Shown here in pieces: positions 50,812-61,663 of a DNA stretch of 64,000 nt. The DNA comes from Escherichia phage vB_EcoM_LNA2. Both the position numbers and the translations under genes were made by a program. The stretch is from the sequence record MZ311865.1; one strand, written 5' to 3'. Under the pieces are notes generated by a model that made no database searches, was not told where the DNA came from, and was given only the letters and a program-made list of their open reading frames with translations. Every line of letters starts with the position of its first letter. The first letter of the stretch is position 1.

Positions 50812-50819
50812 ATATAAAT
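50812..50819 (+). promoter_or_regulatory. late promoter for gene 20
   Basis: Exact TATAAATA about 30 nt upstream of the gp20 ATG. Confidence 0.6.
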
Positions 50820-50848
50820 ATAACTATAATTCCCATTCGGAGAATACA

Positions 50849-52420
50849 ATGAAATTTAATATCTTAAGTTTGTTTGCTCCATGGGCAAAAATGGACGAAC
50901 GTGATTACAAAGACCAAGAAAAAGAAAATTTAGAATCTATCACCACACCAAAATTAGACGATGGTGCTAAAGAATACGAAGTATCTGAAAATGAAGCACA
51001 GCAAACATATAATGCTATGTTTCAGAGAATGTTTGGTAGTCAAGAACCAGGGCTCAAATCAACCCGTGAATTAATCGATACGTATCGAAATTTGATGACG
51101 AACTATGAAGTGGATAATGCAGTCTCTGAAATAGTTTCCGATGCTATCGTATATGAAGATGATACAGAAGTCGTTTCTATAAATTTAGACAACACAAAAT
51201 TTAGTCCAAATATAAAATCAATGATGTTGGATGAATTTAACGAAGTGTTGAATCATTTATCTTTCCAACGTAAAGGTTCAGACCATTTTAGACGTTGGTA
51301 CGTAGATTCTCGAATTTTCTTCCATAAAATTATTGACCCTAAACGCCCTAAAGAAGGTATTAAAGAGCTTCGTCGTTTAGACCCACGTCAAGTTCAATAT
51401 GTCCGTGAAGTTATTACAACCACTGAAGCCGGTGTTAAAATAGTCAAGGGTTATAAAGAATATTTCATTTATGACACATCACACGAATCTTATGCTTGTG
51501 ATGGTCGCATATATGAAGCTGGCACAAAAATAAAAATCCCTAAAGCCGCGATTGTTTATGCCCATTCTGGTTTAGTTGATTGTTGTGGTAAAAATATCAT
51601 CGGTTATTTGCATCGGGCTATTAAGCCGGCGAACCAATTAAAACTTCTTGAAGATGCCGTCGTAATTTATCGTATTACTCGTGCTCCTGATCGTCGTGTA
51701 TGGTACGTTGATACAGGTAATATGCCTTCAAGAAAAGCAGCAGAACATATGCAGCATGTTATGAATACGATGAAAAACCGTATTGCATATGATGCTACTA
51801 CAGGCAAGATTAAAAACCAGCAGCATATTATGTCGATGACCGAAGATTATTGGTTACAACGACGTGATGGTAAAGCAGTAACAGAAGTTGACACATTACC
51901 AGGTGCAGATAATACTGGAAATATGGAAGATGTACGTTGGTTCCGTAATGCGCTTTATATGGCTTTACGTATTCCTATTACCCGTATTCCAAGCGACCAA
52001 GGTGGTATACAGTTTGATGCTGGTACTTCTATTACACGAGATGAATTATCATTTGGTAAATTTATTCGTGAGCTGCAACATAAATTTGAAGAGATATTCC
52101 TAGACCCGCTTAAAACTAATTTAATTCTTAAAGGAATTATTACAGAAGATGAGTGGAATGATGAAATAAATAATATTAAGATAAAATTTCATCGGGATAG
52201 TTATTTCTCGGAATTAAAGGATGCTGAGATTCTGGAGCGTCGCATTAATATGCTTCAGATGGCCGAACCATTTATTGGTAAATATATTTCTCACAGAACA
52301 GCTATGAAAGATATTCTTCAGATGTCTGACGAGGAAATTGAACAAGAGGCTAAGCAAATTGAAGAAGAGTCGAAAGAGGCTCGTTTCCAAGACCCCGACC
52401 AAGAACAAGAGGATTTTTAA
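50849..52420 (+). CDS. 20: portal vertex protein gp20
   Basis: 523 aa; late promoter at 50812; followed by the prohead core genes. Confidence 0.9.
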   Translation: MKFNILSLFAPWAKMDERDYKDQEKENLESITTPKLDDGAKEYEVSENEAQQTYNAMFQRMFGSQEPGLKSTRELIDTYRNLMTNYEVDNAVSEIVSDAIVYEDDTEVVSINLDNTKFSPNIKSMMLDEFNEVLNHLSFQRKGSDHFRRWYVDSRIFFHKIIDPKRPKEGIKELRRLDPRQVQYVREVITTTEAGVKIVKGYKEYFIYDTSHESYACDGRIYEAGTKIKIPKAAIVYAHSGLVDCCGKNIIGYLHRAIKPANQLKLLEDAVVIYRITRAPDRRVWYVDTGNMPSRKAAEHMQHVMNTMKNRIAYDATTGKIKNQQHIMSMTEDYWLQRRDGKAVTEVDTLPGADNTGNMEDVRWFRNALYMALRIPITRIPSDQGGIQFDAGTSITRDELSFGKFIRELQHKFEEIFLDPLKTNLILKGIITEDEWNDEINNIKIKFHRDSYFSELKDAEILERRINMLQMAEPFIGKYISHRTAMKDILQMSDEEIEQEAKQIEEESKEARFQDPDQEQEDF

Positions 52421-52659
52421 TGGACGATTTAATTCAAGCTATTAAATCAAACGACCTCGTTGCTACTCGAAAGTTTTTTGAAAGTGCAATGGCAGAAAAA
52501 ACGGTTCGTTTGATTGAAGCACGCAAAGCAGAAATCGCTTCTCAATTTTTGATTGAAGGCGAAGAACCTGAAGAAGAAGAAAAGAAAGCTAAAGCTTCGG
52601 AAGACGACGCTGATGAAGGCGATGACGACGAAGACGAAGATGATGAGGACGATGAATAA
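52420..52659 (+). CDS. 67: prohead core protein gp67
   Basis: 79 aa with extremely acidic C-terminus ([32 protein letters not shown]). Confidence 0.75.
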   Translation: MDDLIQAIKSNDLVATRKFFESAMAEKTVRLIEARKAEIASQFLIEGEEPEEEEKKAKASEDDADEGDDDEDEDDEDDE

Positions 52660-53084
52660 TGTATCTTATCCCTGAATCTTATGAATTGGTACTCGAAAAT
52701 GTCGAAGCACTTATTCCTGAAGCACAGGGCCGAATCGATGCATTGTCTTCTGCTCTCGATATTGACGATATAAATACTATTATCGAGAACATGCTTGAAA
52801 CTGAAACGGATTTAGCTGTTGCAATGGCTTCCATTATTAATGAAGAACAGTTAAATGAGTTTATCGTTAAACATGTTTCTTCTCGTGGTGAAGTCACCCG
52901 CACTAAAGACCGTAAAACTCGTGAACGTAACGCGTTCCAAACAACCGGACTTTCTAAAGCAAAACGTAGACAAATCGCTCGTAAGGTCGTTAAAGCTAAA
53001 AAAGCTAACCCTTCAGGCCAAGTTAAAGGCCTGCGTAAGCGTAAAAAAGCTCTTAAACGTCGTAAAGCATTAGGATTAAGCTAA
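52659..53084 (+). CDS. 68: prohead core protein gp68
   Basis: 141 aa with basic C-terminus; conserved position. Confidence 0.75.
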   Translation: MYLIPESYELVLENVEALIPEAQGRIDALSSALDIDDINTIIENMLETETDLAVAMASIINEEQLNEFIVKHVSSRGEVTRTKDRKTRERNAFQTTGLSKAKRRQIARKVVKAKKANPSGQVKGLRKRKKALKRRKALGLS

Positions 53085-53725
53085 TGAATAAACCCGAGTT
53101 ACTTATTGAAACTTGGGGTCAACCCGGTGAGATTATTGATGGCGTTCCAATGTTGGAATCTCATGATGGAAAAGATTCTGGCTTAAAACCAGGGCTTTAT
53201 ATAGAAGGTATTTTTCTTCAGGCAGAGGTTGTTAACCGAAATAAACGTTTATATCCTAAACGCGTTTTGGAAAAAGCAGTAAGTGACTATATTAAAGAAC
53301 AAGTCGCAACCAAACAAGCCCTTGGAGAATTAAACCATCCACCTCGCGCAAATGTTGACCCTATGCAAGCCGCTATCATTATTGAAGATATGTGGTGGAA
53401 AGGAAACGATGTATATGGACGCGCTAGAATTATTGAAGGCGACCACGGTCCCGGTGATAAATTAGCTGCTAATATACGAGCTGGTTGGATTCCAGGTGTT
53501 TCCTCTCGTGGTCTTGGTTCTTTAACCGACACCAATAAAGGGTACCGTATCGTGAACGAAGGATTTAAATTAACCGTCGGTGTAGATGCCGTATGGGGGC
53601 CTTCTGCTCCAGATGCTTGGGTTACTCCTAAACAAATATCAGAATCAGAAAATTCGGTGGAAATCACCAAAAACAGTGCTGATGAAGCATTTAAAGCTCT
53701 CGCAGAGAGTTTAAAAGCATTATAA
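53084..53725 (+). CDS. 21: prohead core protease gp21
   Basis: 213 aa; conserved position between 68 and 22. Confidence 0.85.
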   Translation: MNKPELLIETWGQPGEIIDGVPMLESHDGKDSGLKPGLYIEGIFLQAEVVNRNKRLYPKRVLEKAVSDYIKEQVATKQALGELNHPPRANVDPMQAAIIIEDMWWKGNDVYGRARIIEGDHGPGDKLAANIRAGWIPGVSSRGLGSLTDTNKGYRIVNEGFKLTVGVDAVWGPSAPDAWVTPKQISESENSVEITKNSADEAFKALAESLKAL

Positions 53726-53728
53726 ATA
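53721..53728 (+). promoter_or_regulatory. late promoter for gene 22
   Basis: Exact TATAAATA at the gp21 stop. Confidence 0.6.
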
Positions 53729-53758
53729 ATAATGTAATCTAAACCACAGGACACTAAA

Positions 53759-54571
53759 ATGATCAAAGAACAACTTTTGAAAGAAGCTCAGAATATCGAG
53801 ACTTCAGTTGCTCTTAATAGTGTTTTCGAATCAGTAGAACTGTCTCCGGACGTTAAAGCTAATTTCAGCACTGTATTCGAAGCCACCGTTAAGCAGGAAG
53901 CAGTCAAACTAGCTGAATCTCATATCAAAGCTATCGCCGAAAAAGCCGAAGAAGAAGTTGAAAAGGCTAAAGAAGATGCTGAAGAGAAAGCTGATAAAAA
54001 ATTGGCTGAACAAGCTTCTAAATTCCTAGACCATCTTGCAAAAGAATGGCTCGCAGAAAACCAAATCGCAGTTGATAAAGGCATTAAAGCTGATTTGTTC
54101 GAATCCATGCTTGGTGGTCTGAAAGAACTGTTTGTTGAACATAACGTTGTTGTTCCAGAAGAATCTGTAGATGTTGTAGCAGAAATGGAAGAAGAGCTGG
54201 CCGAACATAAAGAAGAAACCGCTCGTTTGTTCGAAGAAGTTACCAAACGTGATGCATATATCAATTACGTTCAGCGTGAAACCGCTATTAATGAAAGCGT
54301 AAAAGACCTGACTGAATCTCAGAAAGAAAAAGTTATTGGCCTGGTTGAAGGTATGGATTATTCTGACGCATTTGGTACTAAGTTAACTGCTATTGTAGAA
54401 ATGGTTAAAGGTTCTACTAAAGAAGAAGCCGCTATTACCGAAAGTATAAATACAGTTGACAATGACGCTGCCGGTCTTAATTTTGTTGCCGAAGCAGTTG
54501 ACACTACCACAACTCAGGTAGAACAGAATTCTAATGTAAGTTTATATGCGAAAGTCGCATCTCGTTTCTAA
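53759..54571 (+). CDS. 22: prohead core scaffolding protein gp22
   Basis: 270 aa acidic coiled-coil protein; late promoter at 53721. Confidence 0.85.
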   Translation: MIKEQLLKEAQNIETSVALNSVFESVELSPDVKANFSTVFEATVKQEAVKLAESHIKAIAEKAEEEVEKAKEDAEEKADKKLAEQASKFLDHLAKEWLAENQIAVDKGIKADLFESMLGGLKELFVEHNVVVPEESVDVVAEMEEELAEHKEETARLFEEVTKRDAYINYVQRETAINESVKDLTESQKEKVIGLVEGMDYSDAFGTKLTAIVEMVKGSTKEEAAITESINTVDNDAAGLNFVAEAVDTTTTQVEQNSNVSLYAKVASRF

Positions 54572-54588
54572 TTTAAAGGTTAACACAA

Positions 54589-56157
54589 ATGACTACTATC
54601 AAAACTAAAGCTCAGCTCGTAGACAAATGGAAAGAACTGCTGGAAGGTGAAGGCCTGCCGGAAATCGCTAATAGCAAGCAGGCTATTATCGCTAAAATCT
54701 TCGAAAACCAGGAAAAAGATTTCGAAGTATCCCCTGAATATAAAGACGAGAAAATCGCTCAGGCATTTGGTTCTTTCTTGACCGAAGCTGAAATTGGTGG
54801 TGACCATGGTTATAATGCTCAGAACATCGCAGCAGGTCAAACCTCTGGTGCAGTAACCCAAATTGGGCCGGCAGTTATGGGTATGGTTCGTCGTGCTATT
54901 CCTAATCTGATCGCTTTTGATATTTGTGGTGTTCAGCCTATGAACAGCCCGACCGGTCAGGTATTTGCTCTCCGTGCAGTATATGGTAAAGACCCTATCG
55001 CTGCTGGCGCTAAAGAAGCTTTCCATCCGATGTATGCTCCAGATGCGATGTTCTCTGGTCAGGGTGCTGCTAAGAAATTCCCAGCTCTGGCTGCTGACAC
55101 TACTACTGTTGTAGGTGATATCTATACTCACTTCTTCCAAGAAACTGGTACTGTATATCTGCAAGCTTCTGCTGTCGTAACACTTGATTCTGGTGCAACT
55201 GATGCAGCTAAATTAGATGCAGAAGTTAAGAAACAAATGGAAGCTGGTGCACTGGTAGAAATCGCTGAAGGTATGGCTACTTCTATCGCTGAACTCCAGG
55301 AAGGTTTCAACGGTTCTACCGATAACCCATGGAATGAAATGGGCTTCCGTATCGATAAACAAGTTATCGAAGCTAAATCTCGCCAGCTGAAAGCTGCTTA
55401 CTCTATCGAATTAGCACAAGACCTCCGTGCAGTACACGGTATGGATGCTGATGCTGAACTGAGCGGTATTCTGGCTACAGAAATTATGCTAGAAATCAAC
55501 CGTGAAGTTGTTGATTGGATTAACTACTCAGCACAGGTCGGTAAATCTGGTATGACCCTGACTCCTGGTTCTAAAGCTGGTGTATTTGACTTCCAGGACC
55601 CGATTGATATCCGTGGTGCTCGTTGGGCCGGTGAAAGCTTTAAATCTCTGTTGTTCCAGATTGATAAAGAAGCAGTTGAAATTGCTCGTCAAACCGGCCG
55701 TGGTGAAGGTAACTTCATTATCGCTTCCCGTAACGTAGTTAACGTACTGGCTTCAGTTGATACTGGTATTTCTTACGCTGCACAGGGTCTGGCTTCTGGT
55801 TTTAATACCGACACTACTAAGTCTGTATTTGCCGGTGTACTTGGTGGTAAATACCGCGTATACATCGACCAGTATGCTAAACAGGATTACTTCACCGTTG
55901 GTTACAAAGGCGCTAACGAAATGGATGCAGGTATTTACTATGCTCCTTACGTTGCACTTACCCCACTGCGTGGTTCCGATCCTAAGAACTTCCAGCCGGT
56001 AATGGGCTTTAAAACTCGTTACGGTATCGGTGTTAACCCGTTTGCTGAAAGTTCCCTGCAGGCTCCAGGTGCTCGCATCCAGTCCGGTATGCCGTCTATC
56101 CTGAACAGCCTTGGTAAGAACGCTTACTTCCGCCGTGTATATGTAAAAGGCATCTAA
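54589..56157 (+). CDS. 23: major capsid protein gp23
   Basis: 522 aa MTTIKTKAQLVDKWKELLEGEGLPEIANSKQAIIAKIFENQEKDF... near-identical to T4 gp23 as recalled; strong terminator downstream. Confidence 0.95.
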   Translation: MTTIKTKAQLVDKWKELLEGEGLPEIANSKQAIIAKIFENQEKDFEVSPEYKDEKIAQAFGSFLTEAEIGGDHGYNAQNIAAGQTSGAVTQIGPAVMGMVRRAIPNLIAFDICGVQPMNSPTGQVFALRAVYGKDPIAAGAKEAFHPMYAPDAMFSGQGAAKKFPALAADTTTVVGDIYTHFFQETGTVYLQASAVVTLDSGATDAAKLDAEVKKQMEAGALVEIAEGMATSIAELQEGFNGSTDNPWNEMGFRIDKQVIEAKSRQLKAAYSIELAQDLRAVHGMDADAELSGILATEIMLEINREVVDWINYSAQVGKSGMTLTPGSKAGVFDFQDPIDIRGARWAGESFKSLLFQIDKEAVEIARQTGRGEGNFIIASRNVVNVLASVDTGISYAAQGLASGFNTDTTKSVFAGVLGGKYRVYIDQYAKQDYFTVGYKGANEMDAGIYYAPYVALTPLRGSDPKNFQPVMGFKTRYGIGVNPFAESSLQAPGARIQSGMPSILNSLGKNAYFRRVYVKGI

Positions 56158-56181
56158 TCTTAATTGATTAAATCTTATTTT

Positions 56182-56210
56182 GGGAGACTTCGGTCTCCCA
56201 TTTTTGGTTT
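56182..56210 (+). terminator. rho-independent terminator after gene 23
   Basis: gggagacttcggtctccc hairpin followed by a T-run. Confidence 0.7.
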
Positions 56211-56479
56211 TATTTCTGTGCAATTTTGATGTAAGTTTTCAAAATATTTTGCCAATTAGGCATACCTTCTTGGACATATGCCGGAGAACCGTCTTTGTTT
56301 TTGAATGATGCAAGTTTATCAGTGGCCCAATAACCTTTAGCTCGAGCTTCAGAATCAACTTTCATCCATACTTTGTTGAAGGCATTACCATTAACTTTTG
56401 CACTATATTTTTCTACTAACTTAACTGCTTCAGCTTCCAGAACTTTTAAAGTATCTCGTAAGAAACGTGCTTTAGTCAT
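56210..56479 (-). CDS. hypothetical early protein (89 aa) encoded antisense between genes 23 and 24
   Basis: ATG at 56479 with GGAG RBS and its own early promoter (56510-56539); occupies the slot where T4 carries segD. Confidence 0.55.
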   Translation of the reverse strand: MTKARFLRDTLKVLEAEAVKLVEKYSAKVNGNAFNKVWMKVDSEARAKGYWATDKLASFKNKDGSPAYVQEGMPNWQNILKTYIKIAQK

Positions 56480-56509
56480 TTTGTTTACTCCTCTGTAGTT
56501 GATAAGTTT

Positions 56510-56539
56510 ATAGTATCACATACTAAATACGTTGTAAAC
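56510..56539 (-). promoter_or_regulatory. T4-type early promoter driving the antisense gene between 23 and 24
   Basis: GTTTAC, 18 bp, TACTAT; divergent from the gp24 late promoter 7 bp away. Confidence 0.55.
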
Positions 56540-56545
56540 AATCTT

Positions 56546-56553
56546 TATAAATA
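56546..56553 (+). promoter_or_regulatory. late promoter for gene 24
   Basis: Exact TATAAATA about 27 nt upstream of the gp24 ATG. Confidence 0.6.
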
Positions 56554-56579
56554 ATCTATATCACATAAGGAAAAATGCA

Positions 56580-57863
56580 ATGAGTAAAATCCAAAAATTA
56601 TTGCGTGAATCTACAACGTCTACTAGCAACTCAATTGGTCGCCCAAATCTCGTTGCTTTGACTCGCGCTACGACTAAATTAATATATTCTGACATTGTAG
56701 CAACACAAAGAACTAATCAACCTGTTGCTGCTTTTTATGGTATCAAATATCTTAACCCAGATAACGAATTCACATTTAAAACTGGTGCTACTTATGCAGG
56801 CGAAGTTGGATATGTAGACCGAGAAAAAATTACCGAACTCACAGAAGAATCAAAAGTCACACTAAATAAAGGTGATTTTTTCAAATATAATAATATCGTC
56901 TATAAGGTGTTAGAAGATACACCATTTGCAGATATTCAAGAAAGTGATCTAGAATTAGCTCTTCAGATTGCAGTCGTTCATTTAAAGGTACGGTTATTTT
57001 CAGATGCAGCGGTAACAAGCAAATTTGAAAGCTCTGATAGCGAAATTTCTGATGCAAGATTCCAGATTAATAAATGGCAAACTTCAGTCAAATCTCGTAA
57101 ACTTAAAACTGGCCTCACGGTCGAATTAGCGCAAGATTTGGAAGCGAATGGATTTGATGCCCCTAACTTCTTAGAAGATTTGCTTGCTACTGAAATGGCC
57201 GATGAAATTAATAAAGATATTCTTCAGTCTTTAATTACTGTATCGAAACGTTATAAAGTTACTGGAATTACTGACACCGGATTTATTGACTTGAGTTATG
57301 CATCAGCTCCAGAAGCAGGTCGTTCATTATATCGAATGGTGTGTGAAATGGTATCACACATTCAAAAAGAGACAACTTATACTGCAACGTTTTGTGTAGC
57401 CTCAGCTCGTGCAGCTGCTATTCTTGCTGCTTCCGGTTGGTTAAAACATAAGCCAGAAGATGACAAGTATCTTTCACAAAATGCTTATGGATTCTTGGCA
57501 AATGGATTACCTCTTTACTGCGATACCAACAGCCCGTTAGATTATGTTATTGTGGGTGTTGTAGAAAATCTCGGCGAAAAAGAAATTGTAGGGTCCATCT
57601 TTTATGCTCCATACACTGAAGGAGTAGATTTAGATGACCCAGAACATGTTGGTGCATTTAAAGTTGTAGTTGATCCAGAAAGCTTGCAACCGTCTATCGG
57701 ATTATTGGTTAGATATGCTTTATCAGCAAATCCTTACACAGTAGCAAAAGATGAAAAAGAAGCGAGAATAATTGATGGCGGGGACATGGATAAAATGGCA
57801 GGACGTTCAGACTTGTCTGTTTTATTAGGTGTTAAACTACCAAAAATTATCATTGATGAATAA
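56580..57863 (+). CDS. 24: capsid vertex protein gp24
   Basis: 427 aa; late promoter at 56546; bidirectional terminator downstream. Confidence 0.9.
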   Translation: MSKIQKLLRESTTSTSNSIGRPNLVALTRATTKLIYSDIVATQRTNQPVAAFYGIKYLNPDNEFTFKTGATYAGEVGYVDREKITELTEESKVTLNKGDFFKYNNIVYKVLEDTPFADIQESDLELALQIAVVHLKVRLFSDAAVTSKFESSDSEISDARFQINKWQTSVKSRKLKTGLTVELAQDLEANGFDAPNFLEDLLATEMADEINKDILQSLITVSKRYKVTGITDTGFIDLSYASAPEAGRSLYRMVCEMVSHIQKETTYTATFCVASARAAAILAASGWLKHKPEDDKYLSQNAYGFLANGLPLYCDTNSPLDYVIVGVVENLGEKEIVGSIFYAPYTEGVDLDDPEHVGAFKVVVDPESLQPSIGLLVRYALSANPYTVAKDEKEARIIDGGDMDKMAGRSDLSVLLGVKLPKIIIDE

Positions 57864-57893
57864 AAAAAAAGGGACCGTAAGGTCCCTTTTTTT
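57862..57893. terminator. bidirectional terminator between gene 24 and rnlB
   Basis: A9 - gggaccgtaaggtccc - T7: a hairpin flanked by an A-run and a T-run serves the convergent genes. Confidence 0.7.
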
Positions 57894-57895
57894 CG

Positions 57896-58894
57896 TTATG
57901 ATACTAATTCAATCCATGCAGGACGCAGAACATCTTGCACCATTCGGACCAATTCTTTCTTAACAAGATTCGGATTATCAGATGATGTTAATACAATACC
58001 TTCACGAGAAGTTTCTTCCAGAATATCTTGAACAGTCAATCCCATCACTTTGCCAAAATCTTTTGGCGTTACAGCACCAATCTTAGAAATCACATTATTA
58101 ACACGATTTAATGTAACATAACAAGCTAGAACATCAAGCAAGTTTTTGTCAGTTTCGGTTAATGGAACCTGAGTTTTAATAGGCTTATCAGACTTTTTCT
58201 TTTCGCTGAATTTAGAGTTCTTGCACTTAATAGCTACACGAGTACCGTTTGGCAGCCATTTAGGGAAACAAGGTTTCAGAACATAACCTTCCGCAGTATT
58301 ATCACCAATAACATTAGCATCAAATACGCAATTATTTGCTTCGACAAGGTCTTCTGACGCAGTAGCATTATAAGCGGCTAAGACGGAATCAAGGTCGTTT
58401 GGAATCATGATAAGAGCGTCAAATGTTCCACGACCAAGCATTGGTGCCATTTTAAAACCAAATTCATTACAGAAATCTTGCATTTCGTAATCGGTCAAAT
58501 ACGTATTATCACCACTTTCTGTATTGATAAGGATATCGAACACATAAAAATCTTTTTCACCGTAGTCAACACCTTTCTGGATTCCACCACCGGCGAATTC
58601 ACCGAATACTTGATATGATACGGCTCGAGCTGTATACATGAATTCCTGAACGGCTTTAATAGCTTTATCATACTTCTTGAGTACGATTTCATAACCATAA
58701 AAATCTTCTGCTGGAAGAATAGGGCCTGTGCGCTTGGCGCATGTGACGTTGTCACGTTCAATTATTAACGAGAAGTTGGTCCCATGGATTTTCTCACGTG
58801 CTACCCAAACACCAGTAGTCAAACCATTAGTGTAGAGTTTTTCAATAAACTTAGAGTTGTAGTGGTTTTCAAGACTGCTGTATTTCTTAAACAT
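57896..58894 (-). CDS. rnlB: RNA ligase 2
   Basis: [21 protein letters not shown]...[14 protein letters not shown]... with the KxHG nucleotidyltransferase lysine motif; resembles T4 Rnl2 as recalled. Confidence 0.9.
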   Translation of the reverse strand: MFKKYSSLENHYNSKFIEKLYTNGLTTGVWVAREKIHGTNFSLIIERDNVTCAKRTGPILPAEDFYGYEIVLKKYDKAIKAVQEFMYTARAVSYQVFGEFAGGGIQKGVDYGEKDFYVFDILINTESGDNTYLTDYEMQDFCNEFGFKMAPMLGRGTFDALIMIPNDLDSVLAAYNATASEDLVEANNCVFDANVIGDNTAEGYVLKPCFPKWLPNGTRVAIKCKNSKFSEKKKSDKPIKTQVPLTETDKNLLDVLACYVTLNRVNNVISKIGAVTPKDFGKVMGLTVQDILEETSREGIVLTSSDNPNLVKKELVRMVQDVLRPAWIELVS

Positions 58895-59013
58895 AAATCA
58901 CCATTATAAATAATAATATCAAAATAATTAGCAGAGACTCTGTCTCCGACCAGATGTTTAATTTGAATGGATAGAACCTAGATTCATTATACCATCAAAA
59001 AATGTAAAGCATA

Positions 59014-59265
59014 TTAGAACTTGATTTCTATCCAATGACCATCACGTTGGTCGTGATTAATTTTATACTGAAAGCCATTATCACGTAACCACTGCCCAAC
59101 TTGCTCAGTGATAGTTAAATCATTCTTTGATGGATAGTACGTGAATTGTGTCTGACCTTTGTCAGCAGCTTTCTCTGCCATCACAGAGAAGTTAGCAATA
59201 AAATCACTCAACAAATTAGCTTTAGTGGCCAGAGCCCTTTCTCTTAATTCCTGTGCAAAACTCAT
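59014..59265 (-). CDS. hypothetical protein (83 aa)
   Basis: ORF track; between rnlB and hoc. Confidence 0.5.
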   Translation of the reverse strand: MSFAQELRERALATKANLLSDFIANFSVMAEKAADKGQTQFTYYPSKNDLTITEQVGQWLRDNGFQYKINHDQRDGHWIEIKF

Positions 59266-59468
59266 TTCTTCACCTTTTTGTTAATCAAACGTTTACGGTA
59301 TACAACTTTTTCTTTTGCTTTAAACTTTGACCGAGCTGTCTCGGCTTTAGTCCATAGTAATCCAACTTCTTTAGGTTGTAAACCGATTTTTTGAGCAATT
59401 TCTACGAATGAAAATCCCGCCTCATGTAATGTATAAACTTCAACCTCAGTTCTCATAATCAATCTCAT
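59262..59468 (-). CDS. small basic protein with helix-turn-helix-like segment (68 aa)
   Basis: AGFSFVEIAQKIGLQPKEVGLLW resembles an HTH; basic C-terminal tail. Confidence 0.5.
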   Translation of the reverse strand: MRLIMRTEVEVYTLHEAGFSFVEIAQKIGLQPKEVGLLWTKAETARSKFKAKEKVVYRKRLINKKVKK

Positions 59469-59536
59469 GTTATCGAGTTGGTGCCATTATATACATCAAT
59501 CTCAAGTTGTGTTTTTATGCTTTAAAAACGAAGAAA

Positions 59537-59550
59537 GGGGCCGAAGCCCC
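59537..59550 (-). terminator. hairpin terminator after hoc
   Basis: ggggccgaagcccc hairpin followed by a U-rich tract on the minus-strand transcript. Confidence 0.5.
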
Positions 59551-59556
59551 TTACGA

Positions 59557-60972
59557 TTATGGATATGTATAGATGATACCAGTTTCTAAAGCAGTTTTAT
59601 GGATGATGTATCCATTACGTGATTCTTGAACATCAACTTCTGGGTAGTCTTTCATCATCTTCTGAAGAGTATAACGATGCAAGTAGTATTTACTATCTGG
59701 ATCGTCAATTTTCCAATCTTTACCTTCTTCAGTCATTTTTTGGATTTCATCCATAACCCACCATCCGCACCAGATGTAAGCTGAAGTACGATGTGGAAGA
59801 GGATGAACATAAGGTAGTTCACCTTCTGGTTCAACTGGAGTCCGTTCAGCAATGACAACTTCAGCGGTTGAACTAATTGTCTTTGAAGTATAATTATCTT
59901 TAGTTAATACTGCTTCAACTTTAATTGTATGAGTACCCGCTGTGGAGGTATCAATACTATAAGTATTAGTAGAATTACTTTCTGCTACATTGTCTTTCTT
60001 CCAAGAGTACACAATATTAGTATCACCAGGAGCACCAGTAACAGATGCTGTTAAAGTTGCAGTTTCACCAACAGTAGTATTAACTGATGACGGAGATAAA
60101 GAAATGGTGGCACTATTAAATGTCGCATTATTAGTTACTACTGTTGCTTCTGCTGAAATTTCTTTTGTAACATAATTTGTTGCAGAAACAGATGCGGTGC
60201 ATTTAAGAGTTTTACTTCCGACTTTGGTTGGAGTGAATTTATACGTAGCAGAAGTTGCATCCGGAATATTACTGTCATCCATTGACCATTGGAATGTTAT
60301 AGTAGCACCTGAAGGTGCACTAGAGACATTTGCAGTTAAAGTAATAGGAACACCAAAGACTGTAGTCGGAGACTCTGGTGTAATTTTTAGCGTTGAAGAA
60401 TTAGCCTTTTTATTTACAGTCAAAGAAACCGCTGATGATTCTACCGTTTTATCAACGTAATCAGTTGCAGTCACTGTGGCAGAGCAAGTTATAGACTTAG
60501 TTCCTTCAGATGTTGGTGTATATTCAAAGGTTGATTGTTTTTGACCGTCGACAGCGACCCCGTCAACTTTCCATGTATAAGCAATAGCAGCACCACTAGG
60601 TTGATTGCTTACATTAGCAGTGAATGTTGTTGCTGTTCCAATTTCTACTGCCGCCGGAGAAGCCGGAGTAACAGCGACGGTAGAATTATTTTCTTTCTTA
60701 TTAACAGTGATAGTTGTTGACGCTTCAGCTATTTCCGGATCTCCTGCGGAAAGTGTATTAGTTGCAACCACTTTAATTTTTTTTGTTCCTGCTGGAGAAG
60801 CAAGAGTATAATCCATTGTAGCAGCCGTAGAATCCTGTGCTATATCATCTACAGTCCAGACGTATGTAATAGTACCGTCCGGAGTTTCACCTGCAGGTGT
60901 AGCAGTGAATGTTTGTGAACCTCCAATAACCCCTGTAGGAGTTAAAGGAGATAACGTGACAGTGAATGCCAT
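59557..60972 (-). CDS. hoc: highly immunogenic outer capsid protein Hoc with tandem Ig-like domains
   Basis: About 95-aa internal repeats (TVNKKENNSTVAVTPASP... / TVNKKANSSTLKITPESP...) and C-terminal capsid-binding-like domain; position before inh. Confidence 0.8.
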   Translation of the reverse strand: MAFTVTLSPLTPTGVIGGSQTFTATPAGETPDGTITYVWTVDDIAQDSTAATMDYTLASPAGTKKIKVVATNTLSAGDPEIAEASTTITVNKKENNSTVAVTPASPAAVEIGTATTFTANVSNQPSGAAIAYTWKVDGVAVDGQKQSTFEYTPTSEGTKSITCSATVTATDYVDKTVESSAVSLTVNKKANSSTLKITPESPTTVFGVPITLTANVSSAPSGATITFQWSMDDSNIPDATSATYKFTPTKVGSKTLKCTASVSATNYVTKEISAEATVVTNNATFNSATISLSPSSVNTTVGETATLTASVTGAPGDTNIVYSWKKDNVAESNSTNTYSIDTSTAGTHTIKVEAVLTKDNYTSKTISSTAEVVIAERTPVEPEGELPYVHPLPHRTSAYIWCGWWVMDEIQKMTEEGKDWKIDDPDSKYYLHRYTLQKMMKDYPEVDVQESRNGYIIHKTALETGIIYTYP

Positions 60973-60981
60973 AAGTTATCC

Positions 60982-61650
60982 TTATTTTAATGTTACGAAA
61001 GAAGAATTACGAGTTTCGCGAATTAGAACTGATCCATCGCGATTAATATAATAAATTAAGCTAAATAATGTTTGGTGTGCCGACGCATGTTCAAAACTGG
61101 TTGGGCGAGATTTCCAATCAGGTGTTTCGGCTATCCATTGATAAATCCACCAAGGAACAGTAACATACCCTGGGCCTTTGCCTAATTTAATAAGCGTAGG
61201 ACTAAAATTTTCAGGCAGAACAAATTTTACTTCTTTATTTACTTCTGGCTCAGGCTCTTTTTCAGATTCAACAACCTGAGTAATTGCTTCTTCAAATTTA
61301 TCATGGTCGAATTCTATTTCTTGTTCGACAACTTCTAATACTTCAACTTGTTCTGTTGGAGAATCAAACAACAGAATAGCTTCTTCTTTAACTTCTTCGT
61401 TGGTGAAATTAACACCGTCTACATCATCTGCGGCAGTAATTAAATCAGTGATAGATAATCCATCAGTTTCAGGTAATGGTTCATCAGCCAGTGCGTTAAG
61501 AGCTTCTTCGATATCAATAACAATATTATCGAATGATTTTGTTTTCTTAACACTAATACCAAATTGTTCCGCATATTCAGACAGTTTAGCTTTGGCTTCC
61601 TTTTTATCAGAAAGAGCACGTAACTCTTCAATATAGTCTTTATCGATCAT
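60982..61650 (-). CDS. inh: Inh-like prohead protease inhibitor
   Basis: 222 aa acidic protein positioned between hoc and uvsW as in T4. Confidence 0.65.
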   Translation of the reverse strand: MIDKDYIEELRALSDKKEAKAKLSEYAEQFGISVKKTKSFDNIVIDIEEALNALADEPLPETDGLSITDLITAADDVDGVNFTNEEVKEEAILLFDSPTEQVEVLEVVEQEIEFDHDKFEEAITQVVESEKEPEPEVNKEVKFVLPENFSPTLIKLGKGPGYVTVPWWIYQWIAETPDWKSRPTSFEHASAHQTLFSLIYYINRDGSVLIRETRNSSFVTLK

Positions 61651-61663
61651 GGTATTTCCTCAT

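Noticed and set aside
54541-54588. Expected late promoter directly upstream of the major capsid gene
   Set aside because: No TATAAATA match in the 22-23 intergenic region; gene 23 may be read through from the gene 22 promoter or use a diverged element, so no promoter feature was called.
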